A stretch of DNA of 64,000 nucleotides from Oopsacas minuta (taxonomy: Eukaryota > Animalia > Porifera). Location: NCBI GenBank assembly GCA_024704765.1, contig JAKMXF010000055.1, positions 566,353-630,352 on the forward strand, written 5' to 3'. The position numbers were made by a program, and so were the translations under genes. Shown one piece after another: positions 1 to 12,199 of this stretch. Position 1 is the first letter of the stretch. Every line of letters starts with the position of its first letter. Under the pieces are notes generated by a model. It was given only the letters and a program-made list of their open reading frames with translations, ran no database searches and was not told where the DNA came from.

Positions 1-1204
1 CTTTCAAAACAATTTTCCCAGTCTTCTTTGGTTAGGTCTTGGAGGGCCCCATTATAAGCCAGTCTTGCCTCTTCTGCACTATCGAAATGAACCCCTTTGA
101 TCTTCTTTTTTAGTTTAGGGAAAAGAAAGAAGTCGCATGGCGCCAAATCTGGGGAATATGCTGGATGGGGTATCAATTTTATACCATTTCTGCAAAGAAA
201 TTCATTGTTAAAGCTGCCTTGTGTGCACTTGCATTGTCATGGTGCCATTGAAGTGAGGTGAGGTAGGCTTTAGGATGTAAAATGCTCCACTTTTCTATCA
301 CCTGAGGCATGCAAATGTTGACATACCAACTCGCAGTTACAGTCTTTTGCTCTATAAGGGGAATAGTAGTAACATGTCCCTTTTTAGAGATGAAACTGAC
401 GACCATTTGCTTGTTGCCACTTCGTGCACGTCTCAATTTTTGAGGGGGATCATCATCTGGAAAAAGCCAAACTGAAGATTGTTGCTTCGTCTCTGGGTCA
501 TATTGATAAATCCAAGTCTCATCTCCCGTAATTAATGTATTCAATAGCTTTGAACGACCATGATCGAATTTTCTGATCATAAATTTGCACCAATCCACTC
601 GAGTTGTCATTTGTTCTTCAGAAAGTTTATGTGGAATCCAACGTGCAGCCACTTTCCTCACCAAGAGATGATCATGAAGTATGGCATGGAGGCTTCCTCT
701 GCTGATGTCTAAATAACTCATTATTTCGTCAATTATGATTCGACGCTCATTTTTGATTATTTTCTTAACTTTCTGGATATTTTCTGGGTTAACCGCATCT
801 GCAGGACGTCCTGATCGCATCTCATCACTTAGAGTCTTTCGTCCACGTTAAATTCACCGTACCAGTTGTACATTGTAGCCAAAGATGGTGATTTTTCTCC
901 AAATGTGCCCTGAAGTTGAATATGTGATTCTTTAGGACTGAGTTTTCTCATAAAGTCATAAAAAATCATTGCGCGAAAGTCTCTCCTTTCCAAATGTAAA
1001 TCCATGAGGAATAATTAGGTACGAATTTAAAATAAGAGCCAAGTGCTGACTATATAAGTAGCTGTCAAAAAAGTAATAAAAGATAAAAAGCTTAGATATT
1101 TTAACTAGAGTAGTTATAAATAGTGTACTATAGATATAAGATGTATTGGTGTGCAAGAAATGAAGTTACAGCATTCATTCTAAAAACTTTTTGGACGACC
1201 CTCG
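1..1204 (-). mobile_element. Mariner (DD34D) DNA transposon, defective; 3' end runs off the window start
   Basis: Minus-strand transposase pieces from an ATG at 1005 (MDLHLERRDFRAMIFYDF, then WYGEFKRGR and SGRP), plus ARWIPHKLS, TGDETWIYQYDPE, HHDNASAH and, after a frameshift, HPAYSPDLAPCDFFLFPKLK. The TIR reads CGAGGGTCGTCCAAAAAG from 1204, flanked by TA at 1205-1206. Confidence 0.92.
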
Positions 1205-1294
1205 TATATATATAGTAAGGAAGTTATGTAGAGATATTCATTTCACTTTTGTGTATCAAGATAAATTACAAAACGATATTAAACTTACTATAAT

Positions 1295-1305
1295 TGGTAG
1301 CAGAG
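1295..1305 (+). promoter_or_regulatory. Primer-binding site complementary to the 3' end of initiator tRNA-Met
   Basis: TGGTAGCAGAG lies immediately after a putative LTR end and upstream of the gag start. It matches the standard tRNA-iMet PBS (TGGTAGCAGAGGATGG) over 11 nt. Confidence 0.75.
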
Positions 1306-1706
1306 AGTGGGTAGTGGTTTTCTGCTTATGGCAAATGTAAATCTGTAAGTGGGTAAATTGGAAAGTGGTGATATAGAATATTTCTCTGAACACTTCGATA
1401 TATGTCCCCTCGCCAACGATTGGACAACTGTAAACAAGGCAATGATGGTTGCTATCTGCCTACGAGGGGAAGCATTGGAAGTCTAAAAAGTTTGGAAACT
1501 GAGATTTCGTAAGAGTAAAGGAAATCTTGGTGAGTGCTCCAAGCCAGAAGATGTTTAGTTCACTTCGTTAAGCGAGTTTCAATATAGGTCCCTCTATCCA
1601 GTTGAAACGTCACAAAAATTCGTATACGAGCTAGAAGGATTATTGAGAAAGGCATATCTTGTGATGTCGGTAGCAGCAAAAGAACAACTCTTGTTCGAAC
1701 AATATA

Positions 1707-3037
1707 CAGGGTATATCACATGTCTTGGCGTGTGAGTAAATGTAAATAGAATTTTCGTTATTGAGTATTTGTTCTAATAATATGCCAATATAACCATCAT
1801 TCCTAGCCAATGCAAATTGTATCCTAGCTGGCATACTACAAACAAAATTTTCTAGAATATTAGTGTTTATGTCAGCCCACGCGGATTTGTCTCGTAGAAT
1901 TAAGTCTTCCAGCTTAGTAGCATTTGCCATTTGTCCAATACGGTCTTTCAATATTGACCAGAGGTTTTCAATCGGGTTTAAATCTGGCGAGTTACCCGAC
2001 CACTCAACCTCTTCTCTAACCTAGGAAAGTGTTCTACACACCATCTCTGTGTCAAGTTCGCAGTGTGAGGAGTGGCACCATCCTGCATGAATAAGAAATC
2101 AGGCATGTCAACAAGATTGATCTCTCGAGAATAGAACCTGTATTTGCAGTTCTGTTTGTAGCATCAGTACACGTCTTGGCTAAGATATCATCTCGATAGT
2201 AGGCTCCATTTATCGTTTGTTTCGGAGGAATGATGTGTAATCCGAGAGAACCCTGTGAGACATCATACCCCAGTCTTGGATTTTGGTGAGAAACCTCATC
2301 TGAAAGATAGGTTCAATGATATTTGAATTCCGAGCCCAGATACGATCGTTTTGACGATTTGGCATGGAGAAGATTTGGAAAGGTGATTCATCTGAGCACA
2401 ACACCTTTTCCAGTCATCAATTGTCCAATTTATGTGATCTTTAGCGAACTGTAGGCGTTATCCTTCATTTTCTTGCCAATCGAGATATTTTAGGGCGTTT
2501 GAATGATTTTATTGTCAAAGAATTGGTCAAATAGCGATATATACTTGAATGTGAGATAGAGTATCCCTTACCATTGAGGATAAGTGCCAGTTTACGTGTT
2601 GACTTCCCCCTCTTCACTAGAGATTTTGAGATAACTATCTTGCAGACCTTATTCTTGGTTGGAATCATACCGGACGGAGTTTAGTATTTTGGTCTTTTCC
2701 ATATTCCTAGTTATGTTACTCTTTGTATCGAACTCAAACCGACATCTAGCATTGAAGCTACAATCTTCTGTTCAATTCCCGTTTTCAACATGGTAATTGC
2801 TTTCAGGCAAATGGACAAACCATGATCTTTGACATTCATATTTCAAAAAGATAAAAGAAATAAAAAAAGAGTTCAAAATACAAATCAAAGTGAAAGTATT
2901 TATAAAGGGTGTATTTGAATAGATAGGACTTAGTAGTTAAGTGTAAGACAAATATAATTCAATAGAAAATTGTGGTCTGGTTGAATCAACTTTAAACATT
3001 GTAAATTCATACCCACCAAGACAAATAATACACCCTG
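1707..3037 (-). mobile_element. Tc1-like DDE transposon, complete ends, defective ORF, inserted in the Gypsy gag
   Basis: TIRs CAGGGTATATCACATGTCTTGG (1707) and CAGGGTGTATTATTTGTCTTGG (reverse complement, ending 3037), with a TA TSD on both sides. Motifs CSDESPF, NRQNDRIWA, MQDGATPHTA and NSPDLNPIENLWSILK. Confidence 0.88.
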
Positions 3038-4465
3038 TATACCCGGATTACCAAAGGAATCAATGAAAACATAAGATTATCGCCAGAAATTCTTAATCAG
3101 GCCAAGCCATGAAACGGGAACAGGTACATATAAAGTTAGTAAATGAATCCTTGGTACAGTGAGAGGGAGGATAAGTGCTTCAATTATTCAGTTCAGACAA
3201 GGCTTGAATAGTCAAAACATCACTAAGGGGACATAAGAAGCCTGAATGTACCAGTTAATGCGAGTACTAAACGATTAGACCTTTTAGATTGCAACGATAG
3301 CGAAACAATATGCAGCGTTGGATCCCGTGCGGATTCGAGAAGAGGGTCTGAACGTGGGTCATTTAGTATGTGAAGGAGAGAAATAAGATGTTATTCTTGT
3401 GGAGGTAAAGGGCACATAGCAAGAGATAGTGACTCAATCTAGCGGATCTATGATACAATTTCATTAGGACCCTGGTGCATTGTGCAAGCTGACTGAAATT
3501 CCTAAGCTACTTGTTGAAGTAGATATAGTCAGATATAAAGCGCTAATCGATATTGGAGCTAGTGACAGTTGATTCCAAAAAGAATGTGTAACGAGTGCCT
3601 TAATCCAAAACCAAAGACCAGAGAGCTAGAACATTACTCATTGCCAGAGGCGAGAAGATTAATTTGATAGATGAAGTTTGCATGGAAGTATCCATTGGGG
3701 GACTTCAATTTCCCAGGAGTTTATTGTAGTTTCACCTTTAGTGGATGATTGTATTTGGAATGGATTCTCCAGAAAAAACATCGAGTAAATATTGACACCG
3801 ACCTAAGAACTGTTAAGAGTTCAACACTGGGAATGATCAACATGTTTGGTAGTGCTAACCTCGCTCGAGAAAGAATGTTAACTCAAACACTGTCTGTCCA
3901 GTTCATTCAGAGCAAGATTTGGAACAACTATACCTACTCCAACAGATGTAAGAGGCAATGACTGGGAGTGTAAGGGAGTTGTCCCTGATTACGGGAATAC
4001 AGCAGTGTATGAGTTACCCGTCGTGGAGAACGGTGTCCTACATATCATCAATGAGTATAAAGAACTATTTTCATCTGTCTCCGGAATTGCTAAGGTAGAA
4101 GAGTTTCATAATAGGACAAGAATGCTGGTGCTGCTAAAATTCATCCAAGAATGATACCCCAAGCTTATCAAGAAGAGGTTAATCCACAAATTGAGGAAAT
4201 CTTAAAAAGAAATATTATCAAAATATCCTATAGCTCTTGGTTTCCACCCTCTGTGTTGGTAAAGAAGAAAGATGGATCACTTAGATTCTGCATCGATTAT
4301 CGAGGTCTTTATAAAGTAATGACTAAAGGCGCGTATCTACACACTTCTTGGTCAAGTCCAGGGAAAGTTACATAGAATGGAGTATTTCCTGAAATTGGAT
4401 CTCAATTCGGGTTGTAGGCAAGTTGCAATTAAGAAAAGTTAAAAATAGAAATATAGCATTCTCTC

Positions 4466-5647
4466 CACAGTGTAGCAATATGGGGAAATAGGCAGAATAT
4501 AAAAAACATATTTCAATGCATTTTTCGAATTCTCCATAGTTCAATTAGTACGAAAATATCATTGGCAGCATTAGAGCAGTTAGGAATCCTAACTACGCAC
4601 AACTTTGTTATGTGTTTCTAATAATAGAAATATATATTCTCAAACAGCAAATTCCTATGCCCTAATGTATGTAATCATATTTGATGTAAATACTAAATAT
4701 AAGAGTGAAAAACATCTTCTGATAATAAATCTATATTGTAACAACAATTTAATCATTGCTAGGTTAGTCTAGAAATTCATTTGTACTTTTTCCGGGTGTC
4801 CAGTTTGGCCCTCCCAAAGTTATAATTTGGAAGTTTTTCTCATTGATTGAAGTGTAGCATCTCTTGTTTGACAAAATTTGACAAAACGTTATTAATATAT
4901 AGATAATGTTACTATATTTAGTCAACTATTTAATCACTTTCCAGGCTTGCCAAAAGCTGCCCAAAAATTTATCACCTCATTCATTGTCCGGACCGGACAA
5001 AAATGCGAAAAATATATTATTCATGCGTTTAAATTTTTTCAGTGAAATTCTATATTTTGCTGGTTATTAGTTATTCCAATACTCTTCAACTATAAATCAT
5101 AATGTTTCTATGTTAGAGCAGCCCTTTAGCGGATCATGTCTGTATTAATCACGAACAATGAGGCATAAAGTTTGTATATTTCGATTGGAAGAAGAGTTAC
5201 AGTCTCTGTTAGGAAACTTATTGAGAACAACCATTGATCCGATGAAGAAACTGTTACTATCCATTTCAAATTGAAATCACTTCTAACATCCAGAGAGGCT
5301 TACCGCAGGAAGGATCTTGAAACATGGGATAATATGATTTTCCACTCTACTCATCTAACAATATCCAATCAAAGAAAGAGAATATCGCTTGATCCTGAAA
5401 TTCCTTCTGTAGTCACTGATTCTGAAAATCAAAACTTTCAGAACAGATTTTAACTGAATCCAGGAGGAATATTCTCGAATGTCACATGAAGACTTCCAGA
5501 TCGAGACTTGGTGTTCTTTTAGAGCATGTAGACTTTTTAGCAGAGAGAGAAAAGATTGAGCCTAAACAACCACTCGCTCTAGCTTTAGGATTAGTCTCAA
5601 ATAAATACTATGATCGTGATACTTCAGACATGTGCAGAGAAATAATT
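4466..5647 (+). mobile_element. Truncated 5' copy of the Transib/RAG1-like element (left TIR to end of the NBD-like region)
   Basis: Starts CACAGTGTAGCAATATGGGGAAATAGG. It is colinear, with no net length difference, with the reverse complement of 30681-31862 (about a dozen substitutions by eye). Similarity stops abruptly at 5647 and no right TIR is seen. Confidence 0.95.
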
Positions 5648-6242
5648 CAATACAATATTTACATTGAACACCGCTATGTCGCTAACTTAGCAACCACCTC
5701 GGATATCTAAGTCAAAATGCATGATCTCTTGGTGACTCAAGGAAGGGTTCTGGTGGAGCCACCCAGCCACTGGATTTGTTGAGCACTGGTGATGTCAAAT
5801 ATATAATTAATTACAATAAAAGACAACATTTATTCAAATATCAATGGTATTAATAGAATAGAGAAAAAAACAACAAGAAAATTTAGTGAGTGATATATGT
5901 ATACACTAGAATTTGTATTACGAATACAAATTTGCATAAGAGCCGGGGGCCCTCCTAGAATATTGTCTCGCTAGCGCAAAATGGTCTGCGGGATGGATTG
6001 CTTAGCGCTGGAGTATAGATATTGCTAGACGCATTTCTGAATCAACTTTGTTATATGACCGGATATATTGATAGATAATATTTGAAGTGCCATTGTATCC
6101 TTATCCCTAAGGAAGATTAAATGCCCTCAGCCAAAATTTCGGAAGGGAAAGAGGATCAGCCATAATCTTGTATGTCATGCGAAATCCGAAGAACACCTTT
6201 TCTAAATTCAACTTTGAGTTGCAGAACCAAGAAAGACAGAAA

Positions 6243-6311
6243 CCTCGATAATCTGGACGAGACTTCGATTATTGTAGTTAATAATCGAAGTCTCGTCCAG
6301 AATTATCGAGG
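6243..6311. repeat. Near-perfect 69-bp hairpin (31-32 bp arms, 6-nt loop)
   Basis: CCTCGATAATCTGGACGAGACTTCGATTATT - GTAGTT - AATAATCGAAGTCTCGTCCAGAATTATCGAGG; the arms differ by a single 1-nt indel. Confidence 0.9.
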
Positions 6312-8668
6312 ATATGGATTCTTTAGTTTTGAGCCCATTCGACACAGCCTGTATGTGCTCATGTACAAATACAATGTTAATTCAGGGGGAAATACGTTCC
6401 ACGGAAGAAATCATTCCAATTATCATCATAACTCATGTATTTAGTGAGTATAGGAGCAGAAATTTTCATACTTTTGAATAACCGCTAGCCAATGTATGCA
6501 TATATTCAAAAGCTTAGAATAATTTAGGGAGAAATATGATAATTTAGACTATTCAAACGTAATGAATCTATATATGTATATGTCTATATATTCTGATTTG
6601 ATATCTGAAACTTGAAGACCAGCAGGGCAGAGATAATATTAAATAGGGGAAGTTTTGAAACTGCAAAGTTGTGTCCTTCATTGCGAAAGATTCCCAACAG
6701 ATGTCCACTGTATAAATTGACAATTCAAAACAAAATACCCTTGCCGCCATGACTAAGTCTACGCCAAAGGTGACAGAAAATGAAAGGAACAAATTGCATC
6801 ATTAATATGGTTAGATATCCTATTATCCATCCTTTCAATTCAAAAACTAGAATAATCGAAATAAAATAAATCTAACTGATATATTTTTACAAAAGCATAT
6901 TAAGTAAATTGAATTATTGAAGAGTAATAACTCAGCAAACACAAACACTAGACTCCCCATTTTGATTGTCGAGTTAGACAAACAACAGTGTTCCCTGAAA
7001 TCGTAATCTTCACATTTGTGGTTAAATGATTACAAAAACAATTCTTAAATCACAGAATGATATATACCGATTTAAAGGGCAATTAATTGAGAAATTAGCG
7101 CAAATATATTATCAAATTCACAAACACTTCGAATCCCCAAAGTAACTTGAATATTTGGTATAAATAAGCAAATATCGAGATACAATTAAGGGGAAAGATA
7201 GTTATTATTGCGGATCGGTGGTCATCGAAATTTGACTACTGCCGAATTAAGGCAGCATTATTAATGTATGCAGCCCTGAAATCCTCGGGATCTTCAGCCT
7301 AACGCTCGAAACTTCGGTGGCAATGTACTTTACGATATTTTTTAAAGATTTAATATCACAATAAGTGCCGACAGCAATGTATCTAATTGAATATAATTGA
7401 AGTAGCACAATAAAATATTCAATTTCCCCTAATACACTTATTGCCTCCCATCAATATTTCAAATTATAACACTTCATTATCGAGCATTGATGGCGGAACA
7501 AATTCCAATTAAGAAAATTTTGCTCGCTCTGTTCGAGTTAATGCACTATAAAATATGCTAATTTCTAACATATTATATAATACACGATGGGAGATGCTCC
7601 TTGATATATTCTCCAGAGGAAGTATATCTTATGATTAATGTATATTGTCCACTTTGTTAGCTAATACTCATAAAACAAATCAAAAAATTGAAAGGTTTTA
7701 CTCAATCAAACATTACAATCTGGCTCTGAGCAGTTGTACCAAAGATAGATATGACAAGAGTGATATCTCCAAGCCTCTCAAACATGTAGTTAGCCCCCTT
7801 GACAATACGCTGGCTACGGCCCTGGTTCTAGAGAAGCAGATCTCAACCTTTCAAAACCATGTCACATTTTCCAACTTTTAAGGTATTTGCGCCCCAACAC
7901 AGGCAAGTAAAACCAAAACAAATATGTAATTTGTAAGTCATTGTTAATAGGATATTAATGTGGATGCACCAAGCCTATGAAATTAAAAACAAAGATCACA
8001 CATTAATTACACAGTGTGATTTCCGATGTTGTTTTCATCAAGTAGTTTTTCAAATCTTATTTGTCTTAATACAGAGTAGCAGCGAGATCCGCACAACCAC
8101 AAGCATATTTAAATCTTTGTATAAATTGCATACAAGTAAATGCCGTTTCTCACACAAATAATTAATGGAAATGCCATGAATAACTTCAGGACAATTTTTA
8201 TAGTTAATATCCTGTGACCAGCATGCCTGTTGACTCTAAAATTCGTTATCTCGAACGAATAATCATTTCAAATATTCATACTATTCAGAAAAACCATTCA
8301 CTATGTCAATTGCCAGACTCCAAATGCCACACACTTTCACTATCAAATGAAAATCGACTTCCATTCGATAAACTTTTAATACTTATCGCATCCGTTATAT
8401 CGAACAATCAATTTTCAGATAGATATTCAGGGTTCGAGTTAGAGAATGTTATTAACTGTATATAAAGTATATAATTTACCAATAGAATTTTTGAATAATT
8501 ATCACATGAATGTTTCTTATTGCATATTTCAAAAGTAAAGAAAACTGGAAGAAGTAAAGATCTGAGCTCTCAATCAATTAAAAGGTGTAGCAAGGGAAAT
8601 TTGGACATATAATGAAGGCGATTCGTTTACTCGGGGATACATTATCTCGAATGTTGACTGTGTATATA

Positions 8669-9574
8669 CAGTCAGGGGACAAAAGTATTCGAACACACAA
8701 ATATAAAGTTATAAATTGTATACTCTTTCCTGCTCCTATATATTGTGTAGTCTATATTCGTAACTGCTATCTAGTAATTTGTATAGAATAACATATGTTT
8801 TTCAAGAATTTCAAAAAAATATTTTCGATTTACACTTTTTGAAGGTGTTAATGATTAATAATTATTAGATAATTATTGATAAACAAAATATGTGGTAATT
8901 CAAAGCCTATTAAGAATCTATAATTTCTGACTTGATATTTGAATTCTACGTAGGCGAGTTACCCCAGATTGAAATTTCCAATCGGATTGATTAATTTTGC
9001 CAAAGTTATAGAAGAAATTCCAATTTATGCCACTTGTGCCACTTTTTGAAAAAGTGGCACAGGTGGCAGGAAAAAGCGCCACTACAAGGAGATCAACTAG
9101 GGTTAGGAGGAATAAGTCGAAGTAATATTTTCGAATGATATGACTATGCTAACCCTTGAATTCCAAAATAACCTCTTGGTAGCGGCCACTTGTGCCACCT
9201 TGGGCAAAAGGTGGCACAAATTGAACTTCATCTATAACTCTGGTAAAAATTGTTCAACCCGATTGGAAATTTCAATCTGGGGTAACTCGCCTACGTAGAA
9301 TTCAAATATCAAGTAAGAAATTATAGATTCTTAATAGGCTTGAATTACCACATATTTTGATTATCAATAATTATCTAATAATTAGTACAATGTTTAACAC
9401 CTTCAAAAGTGTAAATAGAAAATATTTTTTTGAAATTCTTGAAAACATATGTTATTCTATACAAATTACTAGATAGCAGTTACGAATATAGACTACACAA
9501 TATATAGGAGCGGGAAAGAGTATACAATTTATGACAATATATTTGTGTGTTCGAATATTTTTGTCCCCTGACTG
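8669..9574. mobile_element. Foldback-type Tc1/mariner-derived MITE with ~370-bp TIRs (copy 1)
   Basis: Ends are CAGTCAGGGGACAAAAGTATTCGAACAC and GTGTTCGAATATTTTTGTCCCCTGACTG, with TA on both flanks. Long arms surround a ~175-bp non-coding core. A second copy is at 62710-63623. Confidence 0.9.
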
Positions 9575-9762
9575 TATATACATATAGTGAAACCAATTAG
9601 TAATTCGTGTAAGAGCCCAGATAACCTACATTGAAATTTGTACATGTCTATAGAGTACAATTTGTATGGGAAATAGTGTGTCGCGGCCCATTAGTTGAAA
9701 ACCTCAGTTAAAACAATCAATATTTCGATGAAATATATATATGAACAGCATAACAAGTTTAC

Positions 9763-10011
9763 CTGCAACAAGTAACCATATCAGATATTAAAATCCCATG
9801 ATGTTCCATAGATCTGTCTGAGGAAGGTGTAATACAAAGTAGATTTCTGATATTATGAATATACTGGATGTTAAAAGGAATAGGTGCCATGGAAGGCAAA
9901 ATATTTAAGGAATATTGCAATATTTTATCTTCAAGTAACAGGTAACCTGGTAATATTACATCACAACAATTCAAGGTTTGTATCATAGAAGAATTACACA
10001 AACTATCATAC
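9763..10011 (-). CDS. Candidate host exon (249 nt, open frame), product unknown
   Basis: Acceptor TTTGTTTAG|G at 10012/10011 and donor CAG|GTAAAC at 9763/9762 bracket a stop-free frame (YDSLCNSS to DMVTCCR). No TE motif recognised. No expression evidence available. Confidence 0.4.
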
Positions 10012-11249
10012 CTAAACAAATATTAGAAAATTTGGATAATGTATCGAAAAGTGAATATACAAGACTCAAATAAAAACAACGCCACTGGCTAATTCCGCGG
10101 GATTATAGTTTAATTTTCCTGGCCTCTAGCGAATCCAGCTAAATAAATATGCAGTGAATAAAATATTATGTGAACGGAGGGAAAATGCAATTGTTGGTAG
10201 CCAAATATAATTTGTGTCATAAATATGCATCTAACAAATATTTCAAACATGAATAACAAAAGCCAAAGTTTTAACATTAAATATCTCAAAATGATATACA
10301 AAAACCCTATGATTCCAAAGATTGAAACTCTAGGCAACTTTCACCACCAACAAACTATATCGACATCTGTACAAGGAATGAGAGAATGGCGCAAGAAGGA
10401 CTCTAATAATCCAAATAATTTAGAATAACATCCCAAGTATTGGAACTTTCCTTCAGTGAGAGAAAAATGTAAACACTAGGAACAAACACAATCGTAAGAT
10501 ATACTGCATCTAACAAACGATGAAGTAAATTTGTAACTTCTTCATGATTTCATTCGATAATCAATTTCGTCACCAATATGCATATATGTAGTTACATCGA
10601 ATACAAACAATACAACACAATGTTAAATGAAATTACGAAATCCTTGGACTAATAGCTCACGCTTTGTTAACTATAATTCGTTTGACCCTTAAATCTGTAT
10701 GATCAATTTGAACCATACCATCTTCAACCCCCTGGAGAACCATGCATCCCTCATGTTTCTAGGAAATTCTACATAAGAAGAGAAATAGGTGGTATGAGAG
10801 AATGTGTTGAAATTCAATGATTCTTGATGTCAATTCTCAGGATGCTGTACGGGAGTCTTGATATCTTCGAGGGATTCTCCTTAGAAACATCCGTTAGTTT
10901 TGGCAAATCACTTGATCCCATACAGGGGGGCCATTAGAGTTGGACTGCTAGGACTATCTGTCACTAATGCGGCACTTGCCTTGTAATTGAAGGCATTAGA
11001 GTGATTGGGCATAAAATATTGTGCCGTTAAGGAACAAAGATAAGTACACCCAATGAGGGTGTATATATTTCCGAATAACTATAGTAGTATGTTTCAAAGT
11101 GGAGAGTAGATTCCCCTGGGTGATTTAAGGTTGTTGGAGCGAAATCACGCAGCAAGTGCACGCAGGGGCCCTAGGGCATTAAAAGCTAAAAATGAATCAA
11201 AAATAGTGGCTATAAACATTTAAGGTTCGAGCAAGACAAATTACTGTAG

Positions 11250-12050
11250 TAGCTACTAACTCATTCGTGATTATTTACAAAACATGTTCAATAGGTCGTT
11301 CAGCAAAAGAATTTGGCCTCAAAACATGGAGTTGTTCCCTATACGATTCGTTGCATTTCCAAACTATTGTTATGGATTTAACCAAAGCAGCAGCAGTCAA
11401 GTAAAGAATCTTTAGCCCATTATGGTGCAAAACGAAAGAGAAATTGAAAGTCTGATTATACAAAATGAGATAGCTCTCAAATGGTGTCCTAGTTGGTCTG
11501 ACACTTTATGATTTTTAGAGGAAGAGTATCCAAGAAAATGCAACTGGTAGAGGTTGGAAACATGAGATTTCGGATATGCGAATGGAGTTGCAATTAACAC
11601 GAAAAGAAGCTACATCTTTGCTAAAAGGTTGACAGAGTATTCTTTGGGAAGCTAACGTTGAAAACTGTGTTTTCTTCATCCATCTATACTATTTAAACGG
11701 GAGTAATCTATATATGAGTATACAAATTGCTTGTATTTCCAGATTGTTTGAAGGGACTGGAAGACATTCCAGTGCTGGTTTTGGATACGGGGTGCTTTAG
11801 CCCTAGCACGGACAAGTTACAGTCTTAGAAGAAAATTCGCATCTGTGACGAAATAATGACACGATATCTTAGGCATAAAGGCATAGATTACTAAACAATA
11901 AACTACGTGGCAGAATAAATGGTATTTGGACGGAACTTGGAAATAAAAACAATATTTCAGAAAAGGATATCCTGGAGGTATGTGGTGTCGATTATATTCT
12001 GGACGCATGTCAACCCAAACAATCCAGAAATTTAGCTATTCAAGGCTAAC
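11250..12050 (+). pseudogene. Highly decayed pogo-type (DDE_1) transposase relic
   Basis: Broken frames give HFMIFRG (~11505), VLVLD followed by TDKLQS (~11770-11825) and ISEKDILEVCGV (~11955-11990), in the order expected for a pogo DDE_1 domain. Ends not found. Confidence 0.4.
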
Positions 12051-12199
12051 TTGAGGTCCCAAGCTGTTGCACAGCGATCGAGAAAGCGAAGCCGCTTGTA
12101 TACTATAAGTCATAATTATACAATCAATATGCTAAATGAAACACATGATAGCGTTCCATTCACTATCGTATAGGCTTAGCTCTAAATATATTATGGCTA

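Larger units (their letters stand above)
1207..4465 (+). mobile_element. Ty3/Gypsy LTR retrotransposon relic (LTR end, PBS, gag, protease, start of RT), interrupted by three DNA transposons
   Basis: PBS at 1295-1305. gag-like NDWTTVNKAMMVAICLRGEALE and FVYELEGLLRKA (~1400-1660). Zinc knuckle CYSCGGKGHIARD (~3389). Protease ALIDIGAS (~3540). RT segment PSVLVKKKDGSLRFCIDYRGL and LDLNSG (4151-4460). The order protease then RT is Gypsy-type. Confidence 0.88.

Noticed and set aside
4499-4507. A-rich ATAAAAAAC resembling the RSS nonamer, 26 bp from the heptamer
   Set aside because: No counterpart at the 3' TIR, and the surrounding bases differ between the two copies. A-runs are common in this DNA.
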